Positions 12,037-25,687 of a DNA stretch of 64,000 nucleotides are shown in pieces. The DNA comes from Octopus bimaculoides (lineage: Eukaryota). Position numbers and translations under genes: made by a program. Location of the stretch: the NCBI RefSeq assembly GCF_001194135.2, contig NC_068982.1:36290083-36354082 (forward strand), given 5' to 3'. The number at the start of each line of letters is the position of its first letter. Positions within the stretch are counted from its first letter, which is position 1. The notes under the pieces were generated by a model. It was given only the letters and a program-made list of their open reading frames with translations, did not search any database and was not told where the DNA came from.

Positions 12037-12194
12037 TTGTGTCTGGGGAGTCATACTGCCTTAATAGTCAATGTCCATTGACAAGGTGGCAAAAACAATG
12101 AAAATTTTGGAAAGGAAAAAATATAAATAACAAGTGGATATTGAACTGGTAAGTGTGTTAGATATTAAGGCAGTATGACTCTCCCCAGACACAA
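12037..12194. repeat. Short inverted repeat (30/32-bp arms, 96-bp spacer)
   Basis: TTGTGTCTGGGGAGTCATACTGCCTTAATA versus TATTAAGGCAGTATGACTCTCCCCAGACACAA. Confidence 0.8.
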
Positions 12195-12429
12195 CAAAAT
12201 ATTTATATAATAATATCATAATGCATATCAATAATGATTTCTAACATTGGCACACAATCAGAAATTTTGAGGCAGGTTACAGTCAATTAACTCAATCCCC
12301 AGTATATATTTGTGCATCAACATTGGGGAGATGAAACGTAAAGCCAAGCACTGTAGAATTTGAATTCGGAACAAAGGGATGTAACTAAATATCACAAGAT
12401 ATTTTAGTTGTTACTTGACTGATGTATTA

Positions 12430-12632
12430 TCTTTTATCTTTTACTTGTTTCAGTCATTAGTGTGTGGCCATCCTGGGGCACCACCTTGAAGAATTTTTAG
12501 ATGAATGAATTGATGCCAGTACTTATTTTTTTTCTTTAAGCCTGGTACTTATTCTATTGGTTTCTTTGCCAAACTGCTAAGTTACAGAGACAAACATACC
12601 AATACCAGTTGTCAAGCAGGGGTGGGAGACAA

Positions 12633-12666
<34 letters not shown>

Positions 12667-13091
12667 GTATACAGAGTTGTTCAAAAAGAATGAACTGATT
12701 TTATTATGCAATATTTTAATAAGGAAAAGCAATGGAAAACTCCAGCTAAGTCACAAGTATTAACTCACAATCAGCTTTATTTCCTATCTTACAAGTGTTC
12801 AATGTGGCCACCACCTGCAGCAAGGGCAACATCAATGCGATAAGAGCATTCCTCCTAGACGTGTATCAGCATATCACCACCCCAAGTTGATTGCTGTTGT
12901 TATTCATTTTTTTCTTGTGGAAATATGTAAAAGATCGTGTTTATGTTACACTGCTACCCACTAACCTCGATGACCGTAAACATTGAATACTTGTAAATAA
13001 TTGTGACTTAGCTGGAGTTTTCTATTGCTTTTCCTTATTAAAATATTGTGTAATGAAATCNNNNNNNNNNTCGGTTTATTCTTATTGAATA

Positions 13092-13122
<31 letters not shown>

Positions 13123-13288
13123 GACATACTTCTTTCAGTTTCCACCTATAATAAATCCACTCACAAGGCTTTGGTCAGCCTGAGGCTACAATAGAAGACA
13201 CTTTCCCAAGGTGCTATGCAGTAGGACTGAACCTGAAACCATCTGGTTGGGAAGCAAGCTTCTTACCACACAGCCAAGCCTGCATCTA
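12430..13288 (-). mobile_element. Same SINE family, interrupted by a MITE at 12672-13097
   Basis: Tail half 12430-12650 and head half 13120-13288 colinear with other copies. Confidence 0.85.
12672..13097. mobile_element. Tc1/mariner-type MITE with ~100-bp imperfect TIRs and TA TSD
   Basis: TA|CAGAGTTGTTCAAAAAGAAT...ATTCTTATTGAATAATTCTG|TA; inner TIR AATATTTTAATAAGGAAAAGCAATGGAAAACTCCAGCTAAGTCACAA mirrored near 12985-13050; contains a 10-N gap. Confidence 0.75.
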
Positions 13289-13862
13289 TAATGTATTGAT
13301 ACTTGAAAGATACATTTATTTTTGTTTCCATACCAATGAAAATTTTATACATTGTTTTTTCTTGTATCTAAATGATAGGAGCCATCACTTTAAGTCCACC
13401 TAACTTGACTGTAGTAAAAGAATAGCCAAGTTACTGATCATTTTTTTACTACAAAGAATGGAGTATTTAGGCAGTTTTCAGAAAATTGGAAAATCCAGGA
13501 ATCCAGATTACTTCTGGTCCTAAGCTTGCTAGATATTTGGCCCAGTATTGTACTGTTAATATTTGCTGTCAACCTCTCAAGTAGGTTCAGTTATGAGTAA
13601 GTTTTAAATGACTTCACTCATGGTGCCAATGTGCCTTACAACATGAAGAGTAGCACTACTTTCCATTTCAACCCTAATATTTCCAAGATCCTCTACTTCA
13701 GAAGAAATGGCCCTATAATTAAATGAATGTGAAGATTAAAGAAGAGATTATGGCTTTTAACAATTTGCTAACATAAAATTCTTTCGATATCTGAGAATTA
13801 AAAAAAAAAAAAACAGAAGTCACACTGTCTCTTTCACAGACATCTCTGAAATAATAACATAG

Positions 13863-14614
13863 AGATTATCAATTGCATACATTATCTCCTCTTATTGTGT
13901 ATACGGGGCTACATTGTCAATTCTTTTCCTATTTTAAGACAGCAGTATATAATTTGAGAAAAATTTCTCTACTGTATTTTGTATGTTGAGCAAATGTGTA
14001 GAAACCTTTCTTCATTCTCTCAAAGTAAACTCGGTTACTGATGTTCAGCTCTAGATTAACCCTAATCAATCAAATTTATGAAAGCAGATGTTCTAGTTGT
14101 GACTACATCTATGTATACAGAGAAAGGGGTTTTCTGACAGACGAAAATATTATCTTGTCTGCCAGTTGTATCACCACCAGATAAGATTTTCTCTTCATGT
14201 AAGGTGACATCAATGTACATATATCGACTGATCTCAATATTCAACATAAGAGCTTCTACATGGTCATTTGGACTGCTGGAAATAACAGCCAAGTCTACTA
14301 CAAATCACATCCTATCAACTTAAATAAAGGATACATCAGACAATGTAGTTCCTGATATACAAAAGATGGGATGGTCACAACTAGAACATCTGCTTTCATA
14401 AATTTGATTGATTAGGGTTAATCTAGAGCTGAACATCAGTAACCGAGTTTACTTTGAGAGAATGAAGAAAGGTTTCTACACATTTGCTCAACATACAAAA
14501 TACAGCAGAGAAATTTTTCTCAAATTATATACTGCTGTCTTAAAATAGGAAAAGAATTGACAATGTAGCCCCGTATACACAATAAGAGGAGATAATGTAT
14601 GCAATTGATAATCT
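13863..14614. repeat. Inverted repeat with 241-bp arms (13863-14103 and 14374-14614) and 270-bp spacer
   Basis: Arms read as reverse complements; I found one mismatch by eye (ctctActg vs ctctGctg). Confidence 0.9.
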
Positions 14615-15153
14615 TTATCTGAAATAACTGGGACTGAAAATACTTCAGAATTAGGATTTTTTGGGAATGACTGCATATTTGTATCTCTAAAATGGGAGCC
14701 TTGTCTAACCTTTTAGCATACAGATTATTCTATCAAATGTAATGCTTATTTGTTCATATTGTTTTTAATTAATCATGCATTATCTCATAGCTTCAAGATT
14801 TCATTGATGGGATTGTTTATGTTTAGAATGGCATTGCAGGGTAGTTGTGAGATGTTGGATCTGGCTGGTATGAACATTAAACAGGTAGAATATTTGGGCC
14901 AAATATGGCTGGTTTAAATGCTAAAGGCTTAACATATAATTCATTTACATTTCATAATACAACTTATACATATACCAGGAAAGTAGTTTTATATAAATTT
15001 GATGACATTAGCCCAGTTTCAAATATGTAACAGTTTAACTTTTTACTAAAACAACTCTGCCTATTACACTTTCATTTCATGTAGCCAACCATGTTAAAAA
15101 AAAAAAAAGCTACATGTCAATTTTCTCTTTTGAACTTTCAGTTTTAGCTAATA

Positions 15154-15367
15154 TTCTTTTACTTGTTTCAGTCACTTTGACTGTGGCCATGCTGGAGCAT
15201 CGCCTTAAAGGGTTTTTAGTCGAACAAATCAACCCCTAGAATTTTATCCTTTGTAAGCTTAATATTTTATTGATCTCTTAAGCTGAACCGCTAAGTGACA
15301 GGGGCGTAAACCCACCAACATCAGTTATCAAGCAATGGTTGGGAGACAAACACAGACACAAAGACAT

Positions 15368-15412
<45 letters not shown>

Positions 15413-15574
15413 ATGGGCTTCTTTCAGTCTCTGTTTACCAAATCCACTCACAAGGCTTTGGTCAGTCTGAGGCTATAGAAGAAAACACTTGTCCACGGTG
15501 CCACACACTGGGACTGAACCAGGAACCATGTAGTTTGGAGGCAAGATTCTTACCACACAGCCACTCTTCAACCT
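15154..15574 (-). mobile_element. tRNA-derived SINE, near full length
   Basis: Colinear with the 6585-7000 and 38043-38420 copies, with an internal (CA)n tract. Confidence 0.85.
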
Positions 15575-16795
15575 ATATGTACTTTTTTTTTAAACTCTTT
15601 CCAAGTGCTTTCATTTTCCATTACTTCTCTCACTCCTTACAAAAATTTTGAAAATGTGTAGGGTTTCATATTTTGTAATTTCAGATAAAGGATTATCAAG
15701 TGTATTACTTAAACTAAAAGAAACACAACACTCTAGGAGAAATTATTTGTAATATGATAAGGTGACACAAAGGCAACAATACCTTTGTTCAATGTAAATG
15801 TAAAAAAGTGGGCGTATTGAAAAAGACAAAATTGTATTTGATCAACATTCCAGTAAGTTAAGTTTGGCTTTTAGAACACAAAAAAGATATCTGATTAGCT
15901 TTTTGACCTACTTTTGATAAAAAATATATATGCAGTTCTATTTTCAATGCCTATTTGAAGAATTTACTAATTAATTACTATGAAAGTACAAAATAATGGT
16001 GTCAGACATTTATTCATTATTTACTCTAGCCTACTTAATTTCTATTGATTTACCATTACAAGGTAAAATATTTGTAACATTTGGTTTATTTTTCTTTGAT
16101 ATATTATCAATAAAGATGTTTCAAGTTAACTTTTCAACCACACACACACATATTACATTATTGTTTTAACATCCAGTTTTTCCATACTTCCACAGATCAG
16201 ATAGAACTTGTTGAGACAGATTTTCTAGGGCTGGACAGCTTTCTTGTCATCAGCTCTCTCCTATTTTCAAGTAAGGTGATATTTCTCCATGGCCAGACAT
16301 GCTTTTCACAGAAGATTGGAAACAAATACCATCACTTGTTTACAAGTATCACATGATGTTAACTGAAGGACACACACACATGTTCAGTTTTCGCCTATTA
16401 AATTCAATTAAAAACCTTTAGCTGGCCCCTGGGGCTATAATAAAAGGCACATGCTAAAGTTGCAGTGGGACACACACACATATATATGTCTCAAAATTGA
16501 AGCATTGTTGATCTTTGTCCTCCAATCAACTCTCCCATCACTATTTGTATAGCACACATATCCTTTTGTTTTGTCCTTTTATTACATCCAATTTCCAAAC
16601 TTCATAGTGACATTTATTGAAGAAGAACTATTTAAAATCATTATTACTATTATTATTTTTCTTGTGACTATCGTGATATGTGATATTAAGGTCTTGATAA
16701 TCTTGTCATACAGTTTTCAATTTTTTGTGACTGGATCATGAATTTCATTTATGTGAGTGAAAATGATATCTATTTCTATAATCCTTTATCCTTTT

Positions 16796-16864
16796 TACAA
16801 ATAAATACTATTCACACATATGAAAAATGAATACAAATAAATACTATTCACACATATGAAAAAT
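16796..16864. repeat. Direct tandem duplication, 36-bp period
   Basis: TACAAATAAATACTATTCACACATATGAAAAAT at 16796-16828 and 16832-16864. Confidence 0.85.
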
Positions 16865-17149
16865 ATCTTTATTGTGCTAACAGCTTTATAACCAACAAGC
16901 TGTGTGCATGCATCATGCACACATAAGGTTCTAAGCAAAATGTAATTCACAATTCTTATTCTCAATTGTGACCAGTCACTAACTACCTTTTGGGAAGGTA
17001 AGAACAACTATCTTCATTATAAATATTCTCCCTACTTTCTACTATATGTATAAGACCTGAAATTTTGGATGAGGGGTCTAGTTGATTCATCAATCCCAGT
17101 GCTCAACTGGTACTTATTTTATCAATCCTGAAAAGATGAAAACAATCTT

Positions 17150-17950
17150 GATAGATACGACTATTTCCAACACTACTGTCAATGCCTGCCAACTGCTAAA
17201 AGGAGACAAAATAAAATCTTGAACTTATGGTTCCAGTACAAGAAGTTTATGTAGCAGATAAAGAAAAAAAATGTTATGGTACACCATAGTAAACACAAGA
17301 ACAATAACAACATGAATAGTTAAAGAGCTTATACTTCAGCCAGAAAGTAAGAAGTATATCAAGTGGTAGAAACCCAGCTAAGTGGAATTGAGATCACACC
17401 TATATGAAGAATAGAACAGGTAAAGTAATATAAAAGAAATGAATGAAGAAAGGGAGTAAACTCCTTTCAAAAATGAATAACTAGTGACTGTAAAAGTTCT
17501 CATCTAGGGGTCACACACCAAACTGATCAATGGATATTATATGTTGGATATATAAAAAAGATTTGCTGCATTAGTTGACTGTATCAGTTAGAGAACTGGC
17601 ACATAAACGAAATTATACATTTCTGCAGGTTTTGGGAAATTCTCAGACATCATAAAATACAGACCACAGGAAAAGTATATCTTTATTTCTTCTTTTTACA
17701 TGAAAAAAAGGAATATGTGAATCTGATAATGAAGTAGAGGAGAGTACAAGGATAAGTAATGTTTACTAAGAAATTCAGTCCTTTCCTTTGTCAATAACTA
17801 AATGTTAGACTTATCCCTTTGCCAAACCTAACACATTTTCAACACTTACAAGACAACAGGAAGAAAGTTACCCAATAGATTCCAGCCTAGCATACATTTT
17901 TTATTCTCTTCACATATTTGATTTATTTATTGACAAAAACATATTCAGAT
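17150..17950 (+). mobile_element. Highly decayed LINE reverse-transcriptase-like fragment
   Basis: Short stretches such as RFWEILRHHKI and ...FSPFLC resemble RTE-type RT; many stops. Confidence 0.35.
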
Positions 17951-18779
17951 AAGACTTGCCAAAAGAATCTATTCAAATTTTTCAATTACATAAGAGAAAA
18001 TGAAAACCAAATGAGCTCGTGTGAAATATGGTACCAACAAATCAATGTTTGTTCATACTTCACATTAAATGAAAGACGATATCATTTCTGGCATTAAATG
18101 ACTTGTCCAATTACCTATAGTTTATTAGAAAAAGAATAGAAGAATAAACATCCTGATACACACAAGTTAAATGAATGTCTTATGAGTGTAAGTAGAGAAA
18201 TGATTAAATCATAAGATAAAGTAGACTTGTTTAAAAAATAACAAAAAAAAAAAAAAANNNNNNNNNNAAAAAAAAAAAAAAAAAAAAAAAAAGATAAAAA
18301 AAGAAGCCTAATGTACTCTTAGTTAAAAAACAGACGTCTATTCTAGAATGGTTAAATATTATTACAGCTAAAAAAAACATATCTTAAAGTGCAAGTCTAA
18401 ACTAAAAGGAAAGATCTAACATTCAACAAATGTCTCTTTAATCTCACTTATATCTTGACAAAAACATTTCAACTTGACAACCTTTATTTATTGATAGCTT
18501 TTATCATTTCAGTTAGAAAAGGCCTATTGCCCATAATAACTAGAAGCCCTTTCACACTAGTGTGGTAAACACAATTGATATTTAACTTGAATGTATGTGT
18601 AACAAAGTTGTTGTTTAGCACCAAGTCAGTCCTGATTGATCAAAGCACTCTAGCTGTGACCATCCAGTCTTTTACCCAGGCATGTTATACAAGGACTTCA
18701 TTATACAAAGTGTTCTTTTGTAGCCTGGAAGGATGTAATATGAATGAGAGTGAACCGAGTAATAATTCACAGAAGCTTC

Positions 18780-19190
18780 CACAGCTTGTAATTCAAAATA
18801 TCTCATTGGATGAAGGTAGAAAGGATGTTCAGAAAGTTGTAGTTCTAAGGAGAAAGAACTGGTTAAGCTGTTTAGTATGGAGTCTTAGTAAGGCACAATA
18901 GGATTAACAAGAAGAGAAAGAGGTGCAATGTGTGATTTTGTGAGGGAGTAGTATGAAATTAGCAAGCTCAGATGAGCAGCAATAGAGGCGACAGAGACAA
19001 CACACCATGTAGTAGGCAAGCAGTTGAATATACTGGTGTGTAAAGTCTTCTCTATAAGGCAAATGACATCATTTTGGATGCATGCCAGGTTATATGCATG
19101 ACTGCACTGTTCCAAATAAGTAAGCAGTGACTGTTCAGTGCTGAAAGTATGATGTAGCCCAGAAGAGGAAACCAAATTTTTGAGGTGTAG
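18780..19190 (-). mobile_element. Decayed CR1/L2-type LINE ORF2 C-terminal fragment
   Basis: EQCSHAYNLA...IQNDVICLI and VASIAAHLSLL / CCSSELANFILLPHKITHCTSFSSC resemble LINE ORF2 C-termini. Confidence 0.5.
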
Positions 19191-21399
19191 TCTAAGTTAG
19201 GTTATAAAAGAGAGATTGACATGAAAGGTCATTGAATAATTGATTATCAGTCAGAAAAATGTATGAACAGTTTTATTTCCAAATCTGCATCAATGAAACA
19301 AAGTAGTGACTTTCAGTTCTGCACTTCGTAGATCTTATCACATTTTGGCAGAGTATATAATCAGAAGGCAGTGATCATATGTTTTATGCACAACAGAACT
19401 TACAACTTGTAGATTTCTCCATTTCCCCAAGTAAGTTAACACATGCATAATATGAGCTACTGTTCTTAATTTTCTCGAATTTATGTTTTTTTCTTTTTTT
19501 CCCATAGTTAACAGAGAAATAGAAGTTTCATGGTAATACAATGCTGCATATAAAATTTCATTTTATGTGTAAAATTCAAGACACAACCCAAAAATTACAT
19601 TAAAATAAGTGTTTACATAACTCATCAAGGCATTTTAACTAATAAAATATATCCCCACCCATCATACAATCCAAATTTTCAAACAGGTTCTTTTGTTTAA
19701 TTACCTCTTTTTTTTTTATTATTCAAAATACATCTGGAACAGATTTGGAAAAAAAGAAAAAGAAAAATTTTGTATTTGTAGATTTTTAGTCAAACCAGAA
19801 GCGATTTAAAGTTTGGCAATTTTTTAAAGAGATTTAATACAAAAAAGAAAAAAATGTAATGTTTGCATAAAAGCAAACGTTTGACTAAAACTAAATTGAA
19901 ATAATAAATGCTGCATTCTGTTTTTCATGTTTTATATACAGCATTACATATAACAAGAATAACTACAAAGGTAAGATGCCTAGCTAAATATTGCAGAATG
20001 AATGTATGAGTTTATGTGTGCATGTATATAGAATACAGAAGATGGGGAAAATAAAAGTTGTGAGAGCAACTGTGCAATTTGAACCTCATGTCTGCTGTAC
20101 ATAATGTAACTGTGCTAACCACAACACCAAAAGGACATCACAACTTTTGACTGTCTAAGTTTGAAGATTCAAAGTAGTTACAATGACATATTAGTGGCCT
20201 GTCAATGGGGATCTCAATCTGCACAGTATTCAAGGTGTAGCATGTATATTTAATATAGACTATAGAAATAAGTTGTTATATTGCATGCTGTGTAGTTGTG
20301 CTAACTATTACACTTAAACAAACATACATACACACTATCTATTTTGTGCACAATAGATTATTAATCTGAAAAACTGCAATAAATTTAAACATTATAAACC
20401 TCTCACAGTTGGTTAAATATGGATATATGCTATTGATGTGAAGAAAAAAAGATGGAGGGAATCTCCTGAAAGACTGTTTCATGATTTGTTGATGGCTCCT
20501 CAAAGAAGATGTACCTGGCTTCCTTCCTCAATTAATTAAATATATCAGCTGTTATATAAAGCAGTCGAAAATTAAGTTAGCACCATGGTGGATGGTGCTA
20601 ATTTACATACTTGTGCTATATAGTATTGTTAAGAAGTTTGTTTTGCAATAACGAGGCTCCAGTTTCAATTCTGCTGTGTAACATCTTGGGCAAATGGAAT
20701 TTTCTACAGCCTCAAGTTAACCCATATTTTGTAAGTGAAATCAGATAGACAGGAGCTATATAGAAGCCTAATATGAGGATTGTACCTGTATCTCCCCTTC
20801 AGCAACACCCCTACTCCTGTCACTATCACACTTTCACTTCCCTTAACCCTTTAGGATTTAGATTTCTTTTTCTATTGTTTATTTATTCACAGTATTTTGA
20901 ATTAATCAGGCAGTATCTCGTAACTTCAATATTGCAAAGTTGTGATAGTATACTCTTAGAATGACATTGTAGGGTAAATATGAGAAGTTAGATCTGGCTG
21001 GGTTAAATGCTAAAGGGTTAATACTATACCAACATTCAGTTGAGAGGAGTTCTTGTCTTGTGAGTTACTTCAGGACCTCACTAGTGCCAGTACATGTAAA
21101 AAGGATTCAGTCGCTCAATAAAGTGGTTGCCTTTAAGGACATCCAGTATTAAAAAACATGGCAAAGCAGACATAGGAGCTCTACACAGTTCTCTGGTTCA
21201 ATAGTTGCTGTTGAACCATGGTGCTAACTTCCATGCCATCACAGAAATCAGGTATTAAATGATGATGATGATGATGGCATATCTCAAACATGTATAAAGA
21301 AACTAGTGTAAGATTATGATGGATGGAATTTTCAATAAACTTTTTGAGGTTGAGACAGATTCAGCATGCTGCACTGTCTCCCCTACATTTTGTGTTAAA

Positions 21400-22940
21400 C
21401 AATTACGTGAGGAGAAAGTTTTTTCAAGAAAGAGTTTGTGAAATACAATGGATGGATAAGACGCTTGTTAATCTAGGTTATACTGACATTCTCATGACAA
21501 TTACAAGAACAGAAGAAATATGATATCGAATAGTTTAATAAGAGAAGGAAGTAAAAGTGGCCCAGTTATTAAATATTCAAAGACAGAAGTGATGAATATA
21601 TATTTGGTTAATCCATACAGTTATAATACAAAAGGAAAATTAGTAGAGTCACTTAGTTTAGAGTTTTTTTTCTTTTATTTGCTGGGTCTGGATGAAGGGG
21701 CAGTGTCTATGGCCTTCGTAAGACCTCTTAGATCAGTGAGGTTGATGCTATAATGTTTTTCTTGAATTTTTTAAGTCAACAACTGTCAAAAAGCTATGAG
21801 CAGGGAAGGAATTCCAGAGGGATGAAGATTTGGGGTGGGGGAAGTGAACACAACAAAAGGAATGGGAGGTAAAGAGACAAGCTGGATGGAAGTGCCTAAG
21901 TGGAGGTTTGAGAAAAGAATTAAGTAGAATTAAGAAAGAAATTAATAAAACAGAACAAGTAATCTATATGAAAGTTCAACTGTCTCTTGACACATACCAA
22001 GGTAAAAATTTATACAACCTTGGTAAGTTTACTATATATATGGACCCCAAATTTAGCACAGTACCACCACATCTCATGCTAAATTCCTAGCTTTTGAATA
22101 GAAGCCATACTTAGGATATTAGAATCAGGAGGCAAGATAATGTAACCAATGAGAAAGTGAGAGAAATGGTTAATGTAACACTTATTGATAAATTAATAAC
22201 ATTTTTTGAGTTGGAGATAGCTGGTCACATCTGTAGATGAGACGGTAGCTCTTTTGTGATGTATTCAGATGGATAGAGTGGAAAACAAACGTAACACTGG
22301 TGTGATGGAAAATGAAGGAAGAATATTGAGATGAACAGAAAAGAAATGGCACAAGATTGGTGCATTTGACAAACATCCACCAAAGCTATGTGCATCATGT
22401 GGACTAGAATACACACACACACAAATTTCACTAGTGTCACACTAATATTGCTTTCAATGTTCATTTTCTCAATGTTGGCATAGGTTACTTTATTCTACTA
22501 AGTAATCACTAAAATATCATTTTACCAGTAAGTTCTTAAGTGTCCAAAAACTGCTCTAGTTTTTTTTCCTTAGCATTAATTAAGAAGAGGGCAGTATCTA
22601 TGACTGCTGAAAGCCATTGCAGAAGCTGGTGTTCAGTTTGAATGTCTAAGATCATGTCAATAGGAAAAATGTTGGTAAAGAAGGAGTTCTAGGGTGGAAT
22701 GAGTGGAAGAAATGCTTAGGATTGCAGAAGTGAATGCTTACTCAGACAAATGGATGGCAAGTCAAGTGCTGATCATGTAAAGTGGAGGGAAGTTGTGGAA
22801 GAGGGAGACCCAGGAAGATATAGGGCAAAGTTTTGAAGACCAATCTCAAAATGCTGAACCTTATAAAGGAGATGACAGAGGACTGAGATATGTGGCACAT
22901 TGTTGTACTTGAGAAGACCCGCTCATCCATCACAACAGAC
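21400..22940 (-). mobile_element. Decayed LINE ORF2 relic (endonuclease to RT linker)
   Basis: Fragments such as PSFSITPVLRLFSTLSI...SSTDVTSYLQLKK, with the strong purine bias on + typical of antisense LINE; many stops. Confidence 0.4.
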
Positions 22941-23599
22941 TTGAGATTCTAAAACCGAGATGCCATGTAAAAAGCACTGGTGTGAATGCTGGTGCCATGT
23001 AAAAAAAAAGCACTGGTGTTGGTGCCATTTAAAAAGCATCCAGTACACTCTGTGGAGTGGTTGGCATTAGGAAGGGCATCCAGCCATAGAAACCATGGCA
23101 AAACTATGAAACCTGGTGCAGACCCTGGCCTTACCAGTTCTTGTCAAGCCATCCAACCCATACCAGCATGGAAAATGGGCGTTAAATGATGATGATGAAG
23201 AGGATTGTTAGATCGGAGGTCTTTGTAGTTGTAATAGTATTAAAAAGAAGGAGGAGAAGAAACACTATGTTTGTGAACCAGAGACTGTGGCATGCTGGTA
23301 AGAGAAGCCGATAATTTATATAGTCTAAATAAGTAGTGCTCCAATGAGAGTCTTTCTTCAGCTTTGTAAAGTGTCAATTGATCAGGGTAGAAGTATTTCC
23401 TGGTTCTGTATTTTTAAGGGTGTCTACATTAGCTTAAAGTATCCTTTCCATTTTTAGATGGTTGGGTGTTATTTGAAGTTGATTTGGCTACTATTTCTAG
23501 CAGGTTGATTGGAAAAATACTTTAGATGGAAATTTGTATGCCTGTGTATGTGTGGGAGGGGGGAATGAAACAGGCAGCAAAAGTATTGCTAAGTCACAT

Positions 23600-25150
23600 T
23601 TTGGTTGAGAAGTGAATGGTAGGAGGATTCTACAATGTTTGCAGAGGCAAGAAGATCAGCTGCAGTTGAGGAAGCGATAAAGTTGGCAATATACAAATTG
23701 TACAGTCTGTTATAATACCAGAAGAACCTTTTTACCAAGCATCTATTGTTTCTATATATTACATGCCTATATCTGTGTACTAACTTTATTTTTTTTAGCC
23801 TATTTGCACTTAATCTTTTGTGCCCATACCTACTTTTTACTGACACATTGATATAAGTAATAGTACATAATACTAAATTCCAGTTATTTGCAAATAATAT
23901 CACGAGTCTGTAGTGTCAAGTTCTGTGCACTCAAATATTCTTTTCTTAATATACATGGAATAAAAGCTTCGACTGTTTGGAAAAATTGGGACACACTTCT
24001 GTATCATATACTAAAGGCATATCTGTTGTGAAAACTAACCACTTTTATTTTAAGTTGATGGAAATACATGTATTTATATTATTTACTGATTCATGAATCC
24101 TATTATTTACATTTCTGATATGTACACTTTATAAATGATGTCAACAACACTTAATTTTCTGCTGTCTTTCTACAAACTGAACTCCGAACCCAACCATTAC
24201 CTTGAGATTATTTAATGCCTTGTAAGGTCAAACAGAAATATCAAACCAAACCATTTTGGTAATCTAATTCAGTTGACATCCATAAAGACTTTCAATTCTC
24301 AGTTCATAAAAGTACTTAAACAAGCACTCTTTGCTTAAAGGTGAAAAGTCCAATAAGTTATATTTTGCTTTGAGGTCCTTCAGATTTTCTTTAAACTCTT
24401 TATTCAATCCCTTATATTATTATGAAGTTAATATTTTGTTACACTTACATTACATAGTTTATTCTTTAGAAAATGTACATGTAAATGTTTTTGGTGAATA
24501 AGACACTATTCAGTTGTACTCAAATACTTTTTTGAGTAAAGATACAAGTAAAGATACACCTACCATAGATGGTGTACCATCCATAATTAAGTTTTATGTA
24601 GGGCAAATCAAAATAATTGTTACTGATTTGACCTCAAACATCTTCACCGATGATAATCCCATGCATCAGTTTTATAACAAGTGAAATGGTGTATCAAAGC
24701 TTGTCAAGATCCCACATACAAATATAGCTAACCGAGTTGCATTTACTATATCTGTTGTATTATCAACAACTATTGAATAAAAACACACATTCTGATGCTG
24801 CTTGTTTTAAGCTTACTTGGACAATATTAGCTATCCTTTTACATAGTCAGAAACTGAAATTCACAAACAATCTGCCTGTTCTGGAGTTAAAATTCATGCA
24901 GTAGCCTTCAATGCACAATTTCACTCTCTTTCCAGTTAGCTTAAACATTTCATAACTTGCAGAAGTATTTCTGATATATGTCTTTTAAAAAATAAACTGC
25001 TGTTTGCATAAAGATCCTTCTAAAAATGAGTTTGTCTAAACTTAGGATCTCTTTCTGTTTTCTAGGTTTTTTATGTTTGGTCAAATAGTAAGATTCAAGA
25101 CAGAACTTTTTATAAAGTGTAACTGAAACTTTACAAATATGATACAAATT
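23600..25150 (-). mobile_element. hAT transposase relic (SPIN/GTF2IRD2-like)
   Basis: ICKVSVTLYKKFCLESYYLTKH (N-terminal zinc-finger-like), YSIVVDNTTDIVNATRLAIFVCGI at ~24721-24780 (compare FSLALDESTD...QLAIFIRGV) and MDGTPSMVG at ~24560-24585 (compare TDGAPAMVG). Confidence 0.75.
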
Positions 25151-25687
25151 TTACTTCTTTATAAAAATAATAAACTATCCATTTATCATTAAATAAAACA
25201 GTATTGCTAGCAACTTTTATGTGTATTAGTCATGTTAGAAGAGTTATATGCACATCAATACTGATTTAATGAATTACCAAATGCTAAATGTTAATCGGCT
25301 GCAATAAAACTGACTATTACATCTTCAATTTGTACAAATTCCAACTCATGATTAATATCACAAGACAAGTGAAACAGCTAAAAGAATATTGTCGATGCTT
25401 TATTGGTTACTAAAAGGTACTTAAATTATTGCTTTGTTTCTTAAGGTTTAAACTTTGATTTTTTATGGGTCTTTAGAGAACTTTGTCAGTGGGTAGTTTT
25501 AAATTTGAATACATGAGAAATTTTTACTTGTGGGTGGGGATCTCACCAACTCTAATATAAATGATCAAAGATTATAATTTTTCTAGAATGAAACTTTGTC
25601 TTTATCTTTCTTAAATGAGCTTTTCAGAAGATGTTATGGATAAGGAATATGTAAATACAAAATAGTATTTAAAAGACTGTCACTTAC

